Positions 38,406 through 47,066 of a DNA stretch of 64,000 nt are shown one piece after another (positions within the stretch are counted from its first letter, which is position 1; each line of letters starts with the position of its first letter). Position numbers and translations under genes: made by a program. The DNA is from Archangium sp. GTDB lineage: Bacteria; Myxococcota; Myxococcia; Myxococcales; Myxococcaceae. Location of the stretch: positions 3,873-67,872 of the forward strand of contig NZ_DASUNC010000017.1 of NCBI RefSeq assembly GCF_036277355.1, given 5' to 3'. Under the pieces are notes generated by a model. The model was not told where the DNA came from, ran no database searches, and saw nothing but the letters and a program-made list of their open reading frames with translations.

Positions 38406-41400
38406 GGGGTCACCCGCTCGCTCATCCGCAGCCGCCACAGGGCCGGCAGGGCCTCGGCGGGATTCCTCACCCGATGGCTGCCGCTGTGGGTCAGCAGGTA
38501 GTCATCCAGCTCCAGCACCGACACCGCTCCCGGACGTGCGGGCGGCTCGAAGCGGTAGGCGCGCACGACGGGAGCCGCCGCCTCCGGATCCTCCGGGAGC
38601 GGGCTCACGCCCTCCTGGCGTGCCTTGTGGAAGGCCTGGAGCTTCACGGCATGCAGCGCGAGCAGCTCCGCGGGCGATGGCGCATTCGCCTCGTGAACGC
38701 GGACCTTGACGATCTCCGGGAGCCGGCCCGAGGACTGCCACACGTGCAGCCCGGCCTCGCCCTCGAAGAAGGGCCGCACGCCCGGGCCCACCAGCTTGAT
38801 CGCGGCATGCACGGGCTCCTGCATGGACAGGTGCAGGAACTCCCGGAGCTGCCGGGGCCCACCGGACACCAGGGCCCCACCGGGCAGGTGCGCGGCGAAG
38901 GACTCGATCTCCCCACGCGAGTGCGCATAGGCCGAGCAGAGCCACCGGGCGAGCAGCGACCCGGAGGACGCGCCCTGACGCCACTGGCCGAGCGGGAGCA
39001 GCTCCAACATGACCACGTGCTGATCCGGGCTGGAAATCCCCCGGAGGATGCGTTGCAGGAAGTAGACCTCCGACAGCGCATCGAGCATCTGCTCGCGGGA
39101 GACGGCCTTCACCGGCTCGAACGCGCGCCGGGCGAAGAGCCGGATGCGTGTCCCCTGGGACCAGCGATCGGCGCCAATCCGCTCCACGCCGAAACGCTCG
39201 GCCTCGATCATCTCCCGCTCCGTCTCCTCGGGAGCGCGGGCGAGAGACTCGAGTTGCGCCGCGAAGGCCTCCAGGTACATCCGCATCGCATCGAGCGTGA
39301 AGAGCGACTCGGCGTGATCGTGCTCGCCCGCCCGCAGACGCTCCAGGTGGAAGCGGACCTGCTCGGACAGGGCACCGAGCGCCTCGCTCTCGCGCAGCTC
39401 CTGCACCACCTCACGCAGCTCGAGCATCTTCTCGCGCAGCCGTGCGATGGGGAGCGACAGGAGTGGCTCCAGCGCGAAGCCCTGGGCCAGCGGCTCCCGG
39501 GGAATGAGCGCATCGGCCTGCGCCTCGAAGCGGCCCTCCCGGGTGTAGAGCTGGAACAGCCGCATGAGCGCCTGGGGTCCCCGGATGATGGCATCGGAGA
39601 GGACCTGCCCGACCTTCTCCTCCAGGTAGCGCTTCAGCGGCCGCGCGCCCAGGTGGGGATCGAAGGCCTCCTCGACGATGCGCCGCTTCACCGCCTCGTC
39701 GGCGGCCACGAAGATGTTGCGGGACACGAGCCCGTGCCGCGACAACAGTCGCGCCAGCTCCTTCTCCACCACCTTCTCGCCCACGTCCCGCGAGAGCGGC
39801 GAGAAGTGCACGATGCGATCGATGCGGTTGAAGAGCTCGGGCGGGAAGAACTCGCGCACGGCCCGGTCCGCATCCAGCTCCAGGGCGCGCGCGTCCGGCG
39901 CACCGAGCCCCACCGCCGGCTTGCGCCGCGCCCCGAGGTTGCTCGTCATCACGATGACGGTATGGGTGAAATCCGCCGTCTCGCCCGAGGCATCCGTCAA
40001 CCGGCCCTCGTCGAACGTCTGCAGCAGCAGGTTGAGCAGCGAGGGATGTGCCTTCTCGATCTCATCGAGCAGCACGAGCGAGAAGGGCTGCTCGCGGATG
40101 AGGCGCGTCAACCGGCCCTCGGGCTGCCAGGCGTCGCCCGTGAGCCGCGCGACGGCATCCGGCGTCTGGAACTCGCCCATGTCGAGCCGCACCAGCCGCG
40201 ACGCATCGCCATACAGGTAGCCGGCCAGCGCGCGGGCGAGCTCCGTCTTTCCCGTGCCCGTGGGGCCGGTGAACAGATAGACGCCGTAGGGCCGCCGGGG
40301 ATCCGTGAGTCCGGCATGGATGCGCGCGACGAGATCGCACGCCACGCGCACCGCCTCCGGCTGTCCCATCACCTTGCGCGACAGGGCCTCGTGGACCTCC
40401 TCGGGCACCAGCCGCTCCTGGGGGCGCAGGAGGAAGTCCGGCAGGCCCGTCCTGCGCGACAGGTGCGCGAAGAGCTCGCCGACGCCGAGCTCCCGGCCCG
40501 GGGCTCCCTGGTCCGTGGCCAGCTCGCGCAGCAGATCGAGCGCCTTGCCCGGAAGCGCGGACCCGGAGAAGAGCGTCCCCGCCTGCTCCAGCAGCACCGG
40601 GAAGAGCGGAGGGGACCAGGCGATGTGGTGCTTGGACTCCAGCTCGCGCGCCTCGTGCAGCAGCATGCGCAGTGTCTCGTCGGTGCGGGTGGAGCGCACG
40701 TGCACCTGGGTGAAGAGCGCGGCGAAGGACGGGGCGTCCGTCTCCAGCCGCTGGAGCTGCTCGGGCGTCACCGTGCCGGCGAGCGTGAGCTCTCCACGTG
40801 CCAGGGCTCCCTGGAAGAAGAGCGCGAGATTGGTGTCACTCTCCCGCGAGCGGCCGATGCGGCCGAAGGCATGCAGGTCCTCGATGAAGAGGATGCGCCG
40901 CCCTCCCCTCGTGTCCTCGAGCACCTTGAGGCAGCGCTGCTCCCAGTCGCCCACGTAGCTCATGCCGGCGATGATCCGCTTGCCGGCGATCGACCAGACC
41001 TCGGTCACCTTGTCCAGGTTGCGGTGGGTCTGGAAACCATCGGCCTCGAGCTGCTCGGCCACGAAGCGCTTGAGCAGGGTCCGCTTGCCGCAGCCGGGAG
41101 GACCCACGAGCAGCACCGGCGTGCGCCGCTCGCCTCCGAGCAGGAGCTGGAGTTGCTCCCGGTAGGGGCCGCGCGGCATGCCGGTATCGAGCGTGCCCTC
41201 CGCGGCCTGGAGGGTGAGGTTCGTCCCCAGCTTGTGCAGCACCTGGGTGCCGCCACCGGACTTCTTCTGCTTCTTCTTGCCGCCGGCCCGTTCCCGCCGG
41301 TCCTCGGCCTCCAGGTCGTCCCAGGGCCCCTTCTTCTTGCCGAGCTCGTCGAGCAGCGACTTCGGCTGGGCCATGAACGCGAGCGCCTTGAGGGTGTCCT

Positions 41401-41875
41401 TGCGGTTGGAGCGCAGGTCATCGTGCTCGTACGGCTCCAGCTGGGCCCAGGCACGGGTGAAGAAGACCTTCGCCTGCTCCTCGAGACTGGCGCCGGTATC
41501 GACCGGGAACCACTCGTGCTGGCGCGCGGGGTGGTAGGCGATGGTCATGAGCTCGTCGCGCGTGCGCCAGCGCGGCTCGAGGATGAGCGGGAAGAGACCG
41601 GACAGCCGCGGCGTCTCGGTTCCGGTGCGCACGCGCTTGAAATCCAGCTCGAGCTGTACCCGCTCCAGGCGGATGCCTCGGGGGAGCTGGAAGTACGACA
41701 GCTCCCGGACGGGCAGCTCGCCGATGATGCTCCGGAGATCCTCCACGAGCTTCTGCTGGAGCTTGACGGTGCTCCGTCCCTCTCGGCTGCGGGTATGGGG
41801 GCCGAGCGCGAGCGTGGTCCACCGGTAGCCACTGGAGGCATCGCGGCTCTGGTACACGCCAAGAGTGAGGTTCAT
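38402..41875 (-). CDS. ClpA/ClpV-like double-AAA+ ATPase, paralog 2 (unrecognised ~250-aa N-domain with Lys-rich linker; ~380-aa C-terminal extension)
   Basis: D1 VLLVGPPGCGKRT and ILFIEDLH. D2 YLFTGPTGTGKTELARALA, LVLLDEIEKAHPSLLNLLL, FFPPELFNRID. ATG (MNLTLGV) in an ATGA overlap with the upstream stop. Confidence 0.8.
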   Translation of the reverse strand: MNLTLGVYQSRDASSGYRWTTLALGPHTRSREGRSTVKLQQKLVEDLRSIIGELPVRELSYFQLPRGIRLERVQLELDFKRVRTGTETPRLSGLFPLILEPRWRTRDELMTIAYHPARQHEWFPVDTGASLEEQAKVFFTRAWAQLEPYEHDDLRSNRKDTLKALAFMAQPKSLLDELGKKKGPWDDLEAEDRRERAGGKKKQKKSGGGTQVLHKLGTNLTLQAAEGTLDTGMPRGPYREQLQLLLGGERRTPVLLVGPPGCGKRTLLKRFVAEQLEADGFQTHRNLDKVTEVWSIAGKRIIAGMSYVGDWEQRCLKVLEDTRGGRRILFIEDLHAFGRIGRSRESDTNLALFFQGALARGELTLAGTVTPEQLQRLETDAPSFAALFTQVHVRSTRTDETLRMLLHEARELESKHHIAWSPPLFPVLLEQAGTLFSGSALPGKALDLLRELATDQGAPGRELGVGELFAHLSRRTGLPDFLLRPQERLVPEEVHEALSRKVMGQPEAVRVACDLVARIHAGLTDPRRPYGVYLFTGPTGTGKTELARALAGYLYGDASRLVRLDMGEFQTPDAVARLTGDAWQPEGRLTRLIREQPFSLVLLDEIEKAHPSLLNLLLQTFDEGRLTDASGETADFTHTVIVMTSNLGARRKPAVGLGAPDARALELDADRAVREFFPPELFNRIDRIVHFSPLSRDVGEKVVEKELARLLSRHGLVSRNIFVAADEAVKRRIVEEAFDPHLGARPLKRYLEEKVGQVLSDAIIRGPQALMRLFQLYTREGRFEAQADALIPREPLAQGFALEPLLSLPIARLREKMLELREVVQELRESEALGALSEQVRFHLERLRAGEHDHAESLFTLDAMRMYLEAFAAQLESLARAPEETEREMIEAERFGVERIGADRWSQGTRIRLFARRAFEPVKAVSREQMLDALSEVYFLQRILRGISSPDQHVVMLELLPLGQWRQGASSGSLLARWLCSAYAHSRGEIESFAAHLPGGALVSGGPRQLREFLHLSMQEPVHAAIKLVGPGVRPFFEGEAGLHVWQSSGRLPEIVKVRVHEANAPSPAELLALHAVKLQAFHKARQEGVSPLPEDPEAAAPVVRAYRFEPPARPGAVSVLELDDYLLTHSGSHRVRNPAEALPALWRLRMSERVTP

Positions 41876-44800
41876 CGCGAGGCCCCCCGGATCACGTCGA
41901 GCGCGAAGGAGAATCCACTCTCGGCATCGAAGTTCCCGGAGCTTTCGAGCAGCAGGATGTGTTCGAGCAGGATCCGTTCGAGCGCCTGGAAGTGCTCCCA
42001 GGAATCCAGCTGAAGCTTGCGTGCGCCATCGCACAGCAGGAGCTCGCCGCCGGGAACGTACTCACGGATGGCTGGCATCAACCGCAGCTCCCGGAGATCC
42101 TTGCCGGCCCGTTGTGCCGGAGGGGCGATGGCGGGCAGCTCGAGCTCCTTCTGGAACAGCTGGGTGGACATGGCAACGGGCCTGACCTCGACCTGGACCA
42201 GCTCGTCCTTCTCGGTGGGGGGATAACGATGAACCCCGGCCTCGAGCGCCAGGAAGGCCCCCGCGTTCGTGCCGTTGACCAGGAGCAGTACCTCCCGGAA
42301 GGCCCGCGAGGGCGCGGCCAGCTCCTTCCGAAGCTGCTCCGCACCCAGCAGCTTGTCATCCCACTTGCGCTTGCGCTCGCTGCTCTTGTGGGTGACCGAG
42401 ACGCGGCCCTCGACCGTCCAGCCGCGCCGGGGCGCATCCTCGATCAGCGGCAGGATCCAGCGCTCGAGGCCGCGTGTCTCCCCCGCCTCCTGGAGGATGA
42501 GCGTGATCTGATCCCTCCGGGGCTGGAGCGCGAGCAGCACGGACGGCATCAGCTGGCGGATGGCCTTCATCTGCGCGTGGGCCTCGTCCACGAAGGGGGC
42601 GGCATCCTGCTGCTCGAAGAGCGCCATCAGCGCCAGCTCCTCGGCGGCCAGGAGCGATGCGCGCAACCGCCGGGCCTCGCTCCAGAGCGCCTCGAGCCGG
42701 CTGTGCTCGTACTGGAGTTGTCCCAGCGAGGACGCCTCGGGCCCTCGCATCTTCTTCTGATCTCCCTGGGCGAGCTGGGCCACCAGGAAGTGGATCCGCT
42801 CCCCCACGTTCTCCACGGCATCCATCCGGAAGAGCCTGTCGATGACCCGCCGCTGCTCCTGCAGGTCGCGCACGAGCTCGAGCTGGTTGCGCGCCGTCTT
42901 CGGGCTGCCCTTGGTCAGCTCCACGGCAATGCCCCCGGGACGGGAGGCGATCACCACACGGCCGCCCTGGGCCTCGGGCCCGGCCTCGGAGAGCATGCGG
43001 GCGATGGGGACGACGAGCTGCTGGTCCAGGTGCCTGCGCATGGCCCGGGCGCCATAGGCCTCCTGGTAGCCGGAGGTGGCGAGCGCGGTGGTGATCTCCG
43101 GAGGCACCTCGAGCGAGACCCCGCGCTGCATCAACCCGCGCCGCTGCCGCAGCTTGTCCACGCCGAGCCGGGCCACCTCCGCCGCCTGCTCGGGGGTGAG
43201 CGGGTGGAAGGGAATGAGCTGGTCGATGCGGTTGACGAACTCGGGGCGGAAGTGACGGTGCACCTCGCGCAGGTAGTACGAGGCGTCATCCACCGAGGTA
43301 GCGCCGATGCCCAGCGGGGAGCGGCGGTGCGCCACGCCGAGGTTGCTCGTCATGATGATGATGGCGTTGTGGAACCACGCCGTCTGCCCCCGGGCATCGG
43401 TGAGCCGCCCTTCCCCGCACACCTGCAGGAGCAGATCGAAGACGGCCGGGTGGGCCTTCTCGATCTCGTCGAGCAGGAGCACGCAGAAGGGCTGCTGGCG
43501 GACGCGGCGCGTGAGCAGCCCCTCGCCCTGGGTGTTGCCCCGGATGAGCCGTTCGGCGGCCCAGCCGTCCATGAACTCGCTCATGTCGAAGCGGAACATC
43601 CGCTCCGGCGAGCCGAAGAGGAACGTGGCGAGCAGCCGCGCGAGCTCGGTCTTCCCGACGCCGGTGGGGCCCACGAAGAGGAAGGTGGCCAGCGGCTTGC
43701 CCTGGGGCTGGAGGCCCGCCTTCACCATGCACAGCGTCTCCACGACGCGGCGCACCGCCGTCTCCTGGCCCACGAGCTGGCGGCGGAAGTGCGCCTCGAC
43801 CTCCCCGGCGAGCAGCGCGCGGTCCTCGCGCAACAGGAACTCGGGGACGCCCGTCTTGAGGCTGAAGAGCGAGTACACGCGCTCGCGGGTGAGCAGGGGC
43901 ACCTCGCCCGTGCCCGTGCGCTCCTGTTGCAGTCCCGCGCGCATCTCCTCGTACAACCGGATCGCCTTGCCGGGCAGCGCGCGGCTCGGCAGGTAGCGCT
44001 CGGCCAGGTCCACGAGCGGATCCACCGCGTCGTCGGCCAGCGAGTACCGCGAGGGCTCGGCCTTGCGTTGCCAGACCGTCCGGCTCCGGAGCGCCTCACG
44101 GGTCTGCCGCGTCCCCAGGGGCTCCAGGCGCACGCGGCCGAGCACCGCGAAGAGGCCCGGGTGCCGGTTCTCGAGCAGATCCAACGACTCGGGGGTGAGC
44201 TCTCCGAGGAACCGCACCCGGCCCTCCTCCAGGAAGGGCTTCATCGCGCCGGGGATGTCCACGTGCTCCGAGGACTGCTGCGCGAGCAGCTCCCCGAGGT
44301 TCTCGAAGTACAGGACGGCGTCGAGCTCCTGTGCCGCACGCATGACCCGCAGCACGCGCTCCTGCCACTGGCCGAAGCCGGACATGCCGGCGATCAACCG
44401 CGAGCCGCTCGTGGCGTACACGCGCCGCTCGCGGCCGGCCTTGCGCTCGGCGCGGAGCCACGCGAGGAGCAGCTCCGTCTTGCCCACGAGCTCCGGGCCC
44501 ACGAGCAGCACGCCCTGCCGCTTCTCGCCGCCGAGCAGGCCGGACAGCAGCGCGAGCTCGGTGTCCCGGGCGATGAGGGGCGGTCCGTGCCGGGCCTCGT
44601 CGCGATCATGCAGCACCGTGGAGACGGAGAGGAGCACCTGGTGCGCCTGCTCCCGCTTGAGCTTCTCCTCCAGCTTCTTCTTCGCCTGCCGGGCCTTGTC
44701 GCTCGCGTCCTGACGCCGGAGCGCGAGCTGGACGGTCTCGAGCGTCACGAACTTCGGAGGCAGCAGCCGCAGGTACTCATGGGCGGCCGGCTCGCGCGCG

Positions 44801-45234
44801 GCGAGCAACCGCTCCACGTCCGCGCGCACCGTCTCGCGCACGTCCTGGTTCCTGCCCACGTAGACCGTGTGATCGATCGCCGGCACGAAGACCCACGTCT
44901 CCTCCGCGAGCGGCACGACGATGGTGGCCAGCTCGACGGTGACGGGCTTGACGAGCTTCTTGGGGAGATCGGCGCGGGGGGCGAGGATCTCCAGCATCTC
45001 GAGCCGCACCTGCTCGGGGAAGGAGAAGCGGGCCAGCTCCTCGGGCTCCACCCTGGACAGGTGCTCCTCGAGGAACAGGCGCTGCTCGCCCAGACAGGCC
45101 TCGAGCGTGGGCGCGTGGCTCGTCAGGGTGGGCGCGGCCACGGGGAACACCTGGTGGTCCCCGTTCCACAGCTGCTGGCAGACGAGCGGCGTGGAGAACT
45201 CGAGCGTCCCGGGGACGGCATTGGAAGAAGCCAT
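41872..45234 (-). CDS. ClpA/ClpV-like double-AAA+ ATPase, paralog 1 (unrecognised ~240-aa N-domain; ~350-aa C-terminal extension)
   Basis: D1 VLLVGPELVGKTELL. D2 FLFVGPTGVGKTELARLLA, VLLLDEIEKAHPAVFDLLL, MTSNLG, FRPEFVNRID. It is the first gene of the three-gene unit. Confidence 0.8.
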   Translation of the reverse strand: MASSNAVPGTLEFSTPLVCQQLWNGDHQVFPVAAPTLTSHAPTLEACLGEQRLFLEEHLSRVEPEELARFSFPEQVRLEMLEILAPRADLPKKLVKPVTVELATIVVPLAEETWVFVPAIDHTVYVGRNQDVRETVRADVERLLAAREPAAHEYLRLLPPKFVTLETVQLALRRQDASDKARQAKKKLEEKLKREQAHQVLLSVSTVLHDRDEARHGPPLIARDTELALLSGLLGGEKRQGVLLVGPELVGKTELLLAWLRAERKAGRERRVYATSGSRLIAGMSGFGQWQERVLRVMRAAQELDAVLYFENLGELLAQQSSEHVDIPGAMKPFLEEGRVRFLGELTPESLDLLENRHPGLFAVLGRVRLEPLGTRQTREALRSRTVWQRKAEPSRYSLADDAVDPLVDLAERYLPSRALPGKAIRLYEEMRAGLQQERTGTGEVPLLTRERVYSLFSLKTGVPEFLLREDRALLAGEVEAHFRRQLVGQETAVRRVVETLCMVKAGLQPQGKPLATFLFVGPTGVGKTELARLLATFLFGSPERMFRFDMSEFMDGWAAERLIRGNTQGEGLLTRRVRQQPFCVLLLDEIEKAHPAVFDLLLQVCGEGRLTDARGQTAWFHNAIIIMTSNLGVAHRRSPLGIGATSVDDASYYLREVHRHFRPEFVNRIDQLIPFHPLTPEQAAEVARLGVDKLRQRRGLMQRGVSLEVPPEITTALATSGYQEAYGARAMRRHLDQQLVVPIARMLSEAGPEAQGGRVVIASRPGGIAVELTKGSPKTARNQLELVRDLQEQRRVIDRLFRMDAVENVGERIHFLVAQLAQGDQKKMRGPEASSLGQLQYEHSRLEALWSEARRLRASLLAAEELALMALFEQQDAAPFVDEAHAQMKAIRQLMPSVLLALQPRRDQITLILQEAGETRGLERWILPLIEDAPRRGWTVEGRVSVTHKSSERKRKWDDKLLGAEQLRKELAAPSRAFREVLLLVNGTNAGAFLALEAGVHRYPPTEKDELVQVEVRPVAMSTQLFQKELELPAIAPPAQRAGKDLRELRLMPAIREYVPGGELLLCDGARKLQLDSWEHFQALERILLEHILLLESSGNFDAESGFSFALDVIRGASR

Positions 45235-45289
45235 GGGCCCGCCATCCTATCCTGATGAGGTACGCTGGCGGCAGGAGGCATTCCCCACG

Positions 45290-46435
45290 ATGGCGCATGT
45301 GAATCCAAGCATCTTCCAGTCCGCGCTCGAGCGGCGGTTGCGCGACGAGCTCCTCGCGGGCGAGGACACCCAGCGGGCGCTGCGGCATGTGGACGCGGTG
45401 CCGGGCAGGTTCGGCGGCGTCGCGAGGCAGAGGCAGCTGCTCTCGAACGCCTTCAAGCTGACGCGCCCGGTGGCCCCGCGGGTCCTGGATGCGCTGGCCG
45501 CCTGCAAGGAGGTCCTGGGCCACGAGGGACCCGTGGATGTGTTCGTCAACCCGGAGCCCATGATCCGGGCCGCGGCGGTGCAGGCCCCGCCGGACACTCC
45601 CGCCATCGTTCTGTCCTCCCGGCTCCTGGAGGTGTTCCAGGAGGCCGAGCTGCGCTTCATCCTCGGGCACGAGCTCGGGCACCTCGCCTTCGAGCACTTC
45701 ACCCTGCCCCTGCCGGCCACGGCCCTGGCCTGGGACGGAGAGGATGGACGATTCGTCTCCCCCGCCACGGCGCTCGGGCTGTACCGGTGGAACCGGGCGG
45801 CCGAGGCCAGCGCCGACCGGGCGGGACTGCTGTGCTCCCGGGAGCTGGAGGCCTCCGCGGGCGTCCTGCTCGCACGGGTGAGCGGATGGACCGCAGGCTC
45901 GGTGAAGTCCGAGCTGCAGGCGGCGGCGCGCCATGTGGACGCGCTCCTGTCCGATCCATCGGCCCGTGAGCGGCCCAGTGAGGACGATGAGGTACTCGGC
46001 GGTTTCCGCGCCCATGCCTTCAGCCCATGGCGGGTGCGTGCCCTCGCGGCGTTCTCCAAGACGAGGACCTTCCTGAAGAGCGCGGGCCGCTATGCGAGCG
46101 AGGAGGGACTGTCGGACGAGGAGGCCGACACCCTGCTGGCGTGGGAGCTGCGGGAGCTGGATCCCTCCTACCTGGAGAAGTCCGAGCATCCCGAGCTGCT
46201 GAACCTGGCCCTGACGACGGGGAAGCTCCTGCCCGTGCTGGAGCAGCTGTACCAGGAGCGGGCGACCCTGTCCGAGCGGGCCCGGCTGGCGCAGCACTTC
46301 GCCTTGATGAAGGCCCCGGACGGCGTCGTGGACAACCTGGGTTACCTGGAGCTGAGGAAGGTGGCCGGAGCGCTGGCGGTGCCCACGTGGCTCGTGGACG
46401 AGGCCCTGCGCGGCGCCAGCAATCCCTTGGATTGA
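45290..46435 (+). CDS. Soluble M48-family zinc metallopeptidase-like protein
   Basis: HEXXH plus a downstream Glu: FILGHELGHLAFEH. ATG at 45290 with GGAGG 14 nt upstream (the track's 44921 start was rejected). No obvious TM. Transcribed divergently from the AAA+ triad, 55 bp away. Confidence 0.7.
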   Translation: MAHVNPSIFQSALERRLRDELLAGEDTQRALRHVDAVPGRFGGVARQRQLLSNAFKLTRPVAPRVLDALAACKEVLGHEGPVDVFVNPEPMIRAAAVQAPPDTPAIVLSSRLLEVFQEAELRFILGHELGHLAFEHFTLPLPATALAWDGEDGRFVSPATALGLYRWNRAAEASADRAGLLCSRELEASAGVLLARVSGWTAGSVKSELQAAARHVDALLSDPSARERPSEDDEVLGGFRAHAFSPWRVRALAAFSKTRTFLKSAGRYASEEGLSDEEADTLLAWELRELDPSYLEKSEHPELLNLALTTGKLLPVLEQLYQERATLSERARLAQHFALMKAPDGVVDNLGYLELRKVAGALAVPTWLVDEALRGASNPLD

Positions 46436-46639
46436 ATCCTCTCAATCCCGTGGTGGGGACACGAGGATGTGGAGGTCGGGCCACCGCTCGCGCAGGAGCC
46501 GCTCCAGCAGCCCGAGTCCCCACCGCTCCGAGCGCCAGCCCCATGCGGCACACGGGCTGTTCTCGCGCGACGACGATCCGGGTGCGCTCACCCGTCTCGG
46601 CGGAAGCACCCAGCAACTGGTCGATGTGCCCAGCGATCT

Positions 46640-46930
46640 CGTCAAGCCTCATGGTTGCAAGGATATCCACCCAATCCCTACCAATCCAGCAAAACGAATG
46701 TCTGTCTTTATCTAAATACATAAAAAACACATCAAATTATAGTTTGTATTTACTTAAAAAAGAAAAACATATCGTCACAATCACAAAAGACAAACATAGA
46801 CAAAAACAAATACAGACTTCCACTCCACAATCCCTGACAGGAAATCAAGACTATGGAATTAATTTCTGTATTTGATTGCTCCATTCTGACACACAAAAGA
46901 CGCCAATGTAAGTGCGACACACACCAGTTC
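46640..46930. other. AT-rich island (~35% GC, A/C-rich on the plus strand) within a ~70% GC context; non-coding
   Basis: Abrupt base-composition shift. No plausible ORF by codon usage. Lies between the M48 gene and the ceramidase-like gene. Confidence 0.5.
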
Positions 46931-46942
46931 TTGGGCATGAAG

Positions 46943-47058
46943 ATGTCGTGAGATGTAGGCATGATGGGGCTCAACAAAGAGGTCCCCCAGGTATGCTGAT
47001 GTAGGCACGATATCCGGACGGAGAGGGCCTGTCCGGGACGAGCCCATCGAGATGTAGG
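46943..47058. repeat. Three direct repeats of GATGTAGG(CA[CT]GAT), spaced 46 and 53 bp, immediately upstream of the ceramidase-like gene
   Basis: GAGATGTAGGCATGAT at 46950; CTGATGTAGGCACGAT at 46996; GAGATGTAGGTTCGAG at 47049. There is also a degenerate GATGTCGT at 46943. Confidence 0.4.
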
Positions 47059-47066
47059 TTCGAGCC

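Noticed and set aside
46020-46730. 236-aa minus-strand ORF starting in the AT-rich island and running antisense through the 3' end of the M48 gene
   Set aside because: The first 25 residues come from AT-rich sequence with atypical codons. The remainder is antisense to a gene with a clear HEXXH active site. No RBS.
46750-46977. 75-aa ORF inside the AT-rich island
   Set aside because: Its codon usage (Phe/Ile/Asn/Lys-rich) is incompatible with the host's high-GC bias. Most likely non-coding.
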